This document shows positions 12,843 to 12,959 of a DNA stretch of 12,959 nt, piece by piece. Location: contig CAZNIQ010000008.1 in assembly GCA_964573185.1 (NCBI GenBank), positions 1 through 12,959 of the forward strand, written 5' to 3'. The translations under genes and the position numbers were made by a program. The notes beneath the pieces are model-generated. The model was given only the letters and a program-made list of their open reading frames with translations. It was not told the DNA's origin and did not search any database. The DNA comes from Candidatus Woesearchaeota archaeon (GTDB lineage: Archaea; Nanobdellota; Nanobdellia; Nanobdellales; CAZNIQ01). How positions within the stretch are numbered: position 1 is the stretch's first letter; the number at the start of each line of letters is the position of its first letter.

Positions 12843-12852
12843 TTTTATAAAA
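12843..12852 (-). promoter_or_regulatory. Palindromic TATA-like box (TTTTATAAAA) upstream of cdc6
   Basis: The - strand octamer TTTTATAA (reverse complement of 12845-12852) is centred 23.5 nt from ATG 12825 and 32.5 nt from Met4 (12816). Confidence 0.5.
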
Positions 12853-12862
12853 CTTTTTATTG

Positions 12863-12878
12863 CCCCCCCCCCCCCCCC
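12863..12878. repeat. C16 homopolymer (G16 on the cdc6-coding strand)
   Basis: Counted directly: 8 C at 12863-12870 plus 8 C at 12871-12878. It sits between the cdc6 TATA box and an ORB-like dyad, in DNA that is otherwise strongly AT-rich. Confidence 0.9.
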
Positions 12879-12891
12879 TTCCTGTTGTGAA
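12863..12891 (-). other. Candidate origin recognition box (ORB-like dyad plus G-string)
   Basis: The - strand reads TTCACAACAGGAA followed directly by G16. Characterised archaeal ORB elements combine a short TTCC..GGAA-type dyad with a downstream G-string. Only one copy is visible before the window ends. Confidence 0.35.
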
Positions 12892-12959
12892 TAATAATAA
12901 CAATTATTTAATTCAATTAAAAATATATTAGAGGCATATAATAATTAATAATTATTATT
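12892..12959. other. Extremely AT-rich stretch, candidate duplex-unwinding element of oriC
   Basis: TAATAATAACAATTATTTAATTCAATTAAAAATATATTAGAGGCATATAATAATTAATAATTATTATT has only a handful of G/C. It lies directly upstream of cdc6, as at Pyrococcus oriC. No ORF is present. Confidence 0.35.

Overview
Archaeal chromosomal segment, very AT-rich (about 30% G+C by eye) and almost free of intergenic space. I call 21 protein-coding genes, one tRNA and a probable replication origin at the right edge. One gene is truncated at the left edge and two fall below the ORF-track length cut-off. The proteins are K/E/I-rich. The tRNA is 69% G+C, with 20 of 21 stem pairs G:C. Together these suggest a hyperthermophile with a streamlined genome, Nanoarchaeota-like or a small euryarchaeon; the taxon is inference only. 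Left to right: GluRS 3' end, a 51-aa TM ORF, ribosomal protein uL11, SecE, Spt5/NusG, FtsZ, a SlyD-type FKBP and tRNA-Ile(GAU). Next is a small accessory islet (4-TM protein + XRE HTH, and VapBC), followed by an rpoL-AMMECR1-PIN/PilT-ATPase/KH operon. Then comes a five-gene island of proteins I cannot assign to any family (7313-9948). Four are mostly coiled-coil, and one has an ESCRT-III/PspA-like amphipathic N-terminus. This island is the best candidate for an undescribed system. The window ends with the PolD small subunit (DP1) and Orc1/Cdc6 in an overlapping operon. That operon abuts an AT-rich region containing an ORB-like element with a C16/G16 homopolymer. Two architectural themes recur. 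Every transcription-unit-initial gene and the tRNA has a TATA-like octamer centred about 26 nt upstream of its first base, implying leaderless transcripts. Convergent genes overlap or abut at their 3' ends. All homology calls are by-eye motif recognition; no searches were run.
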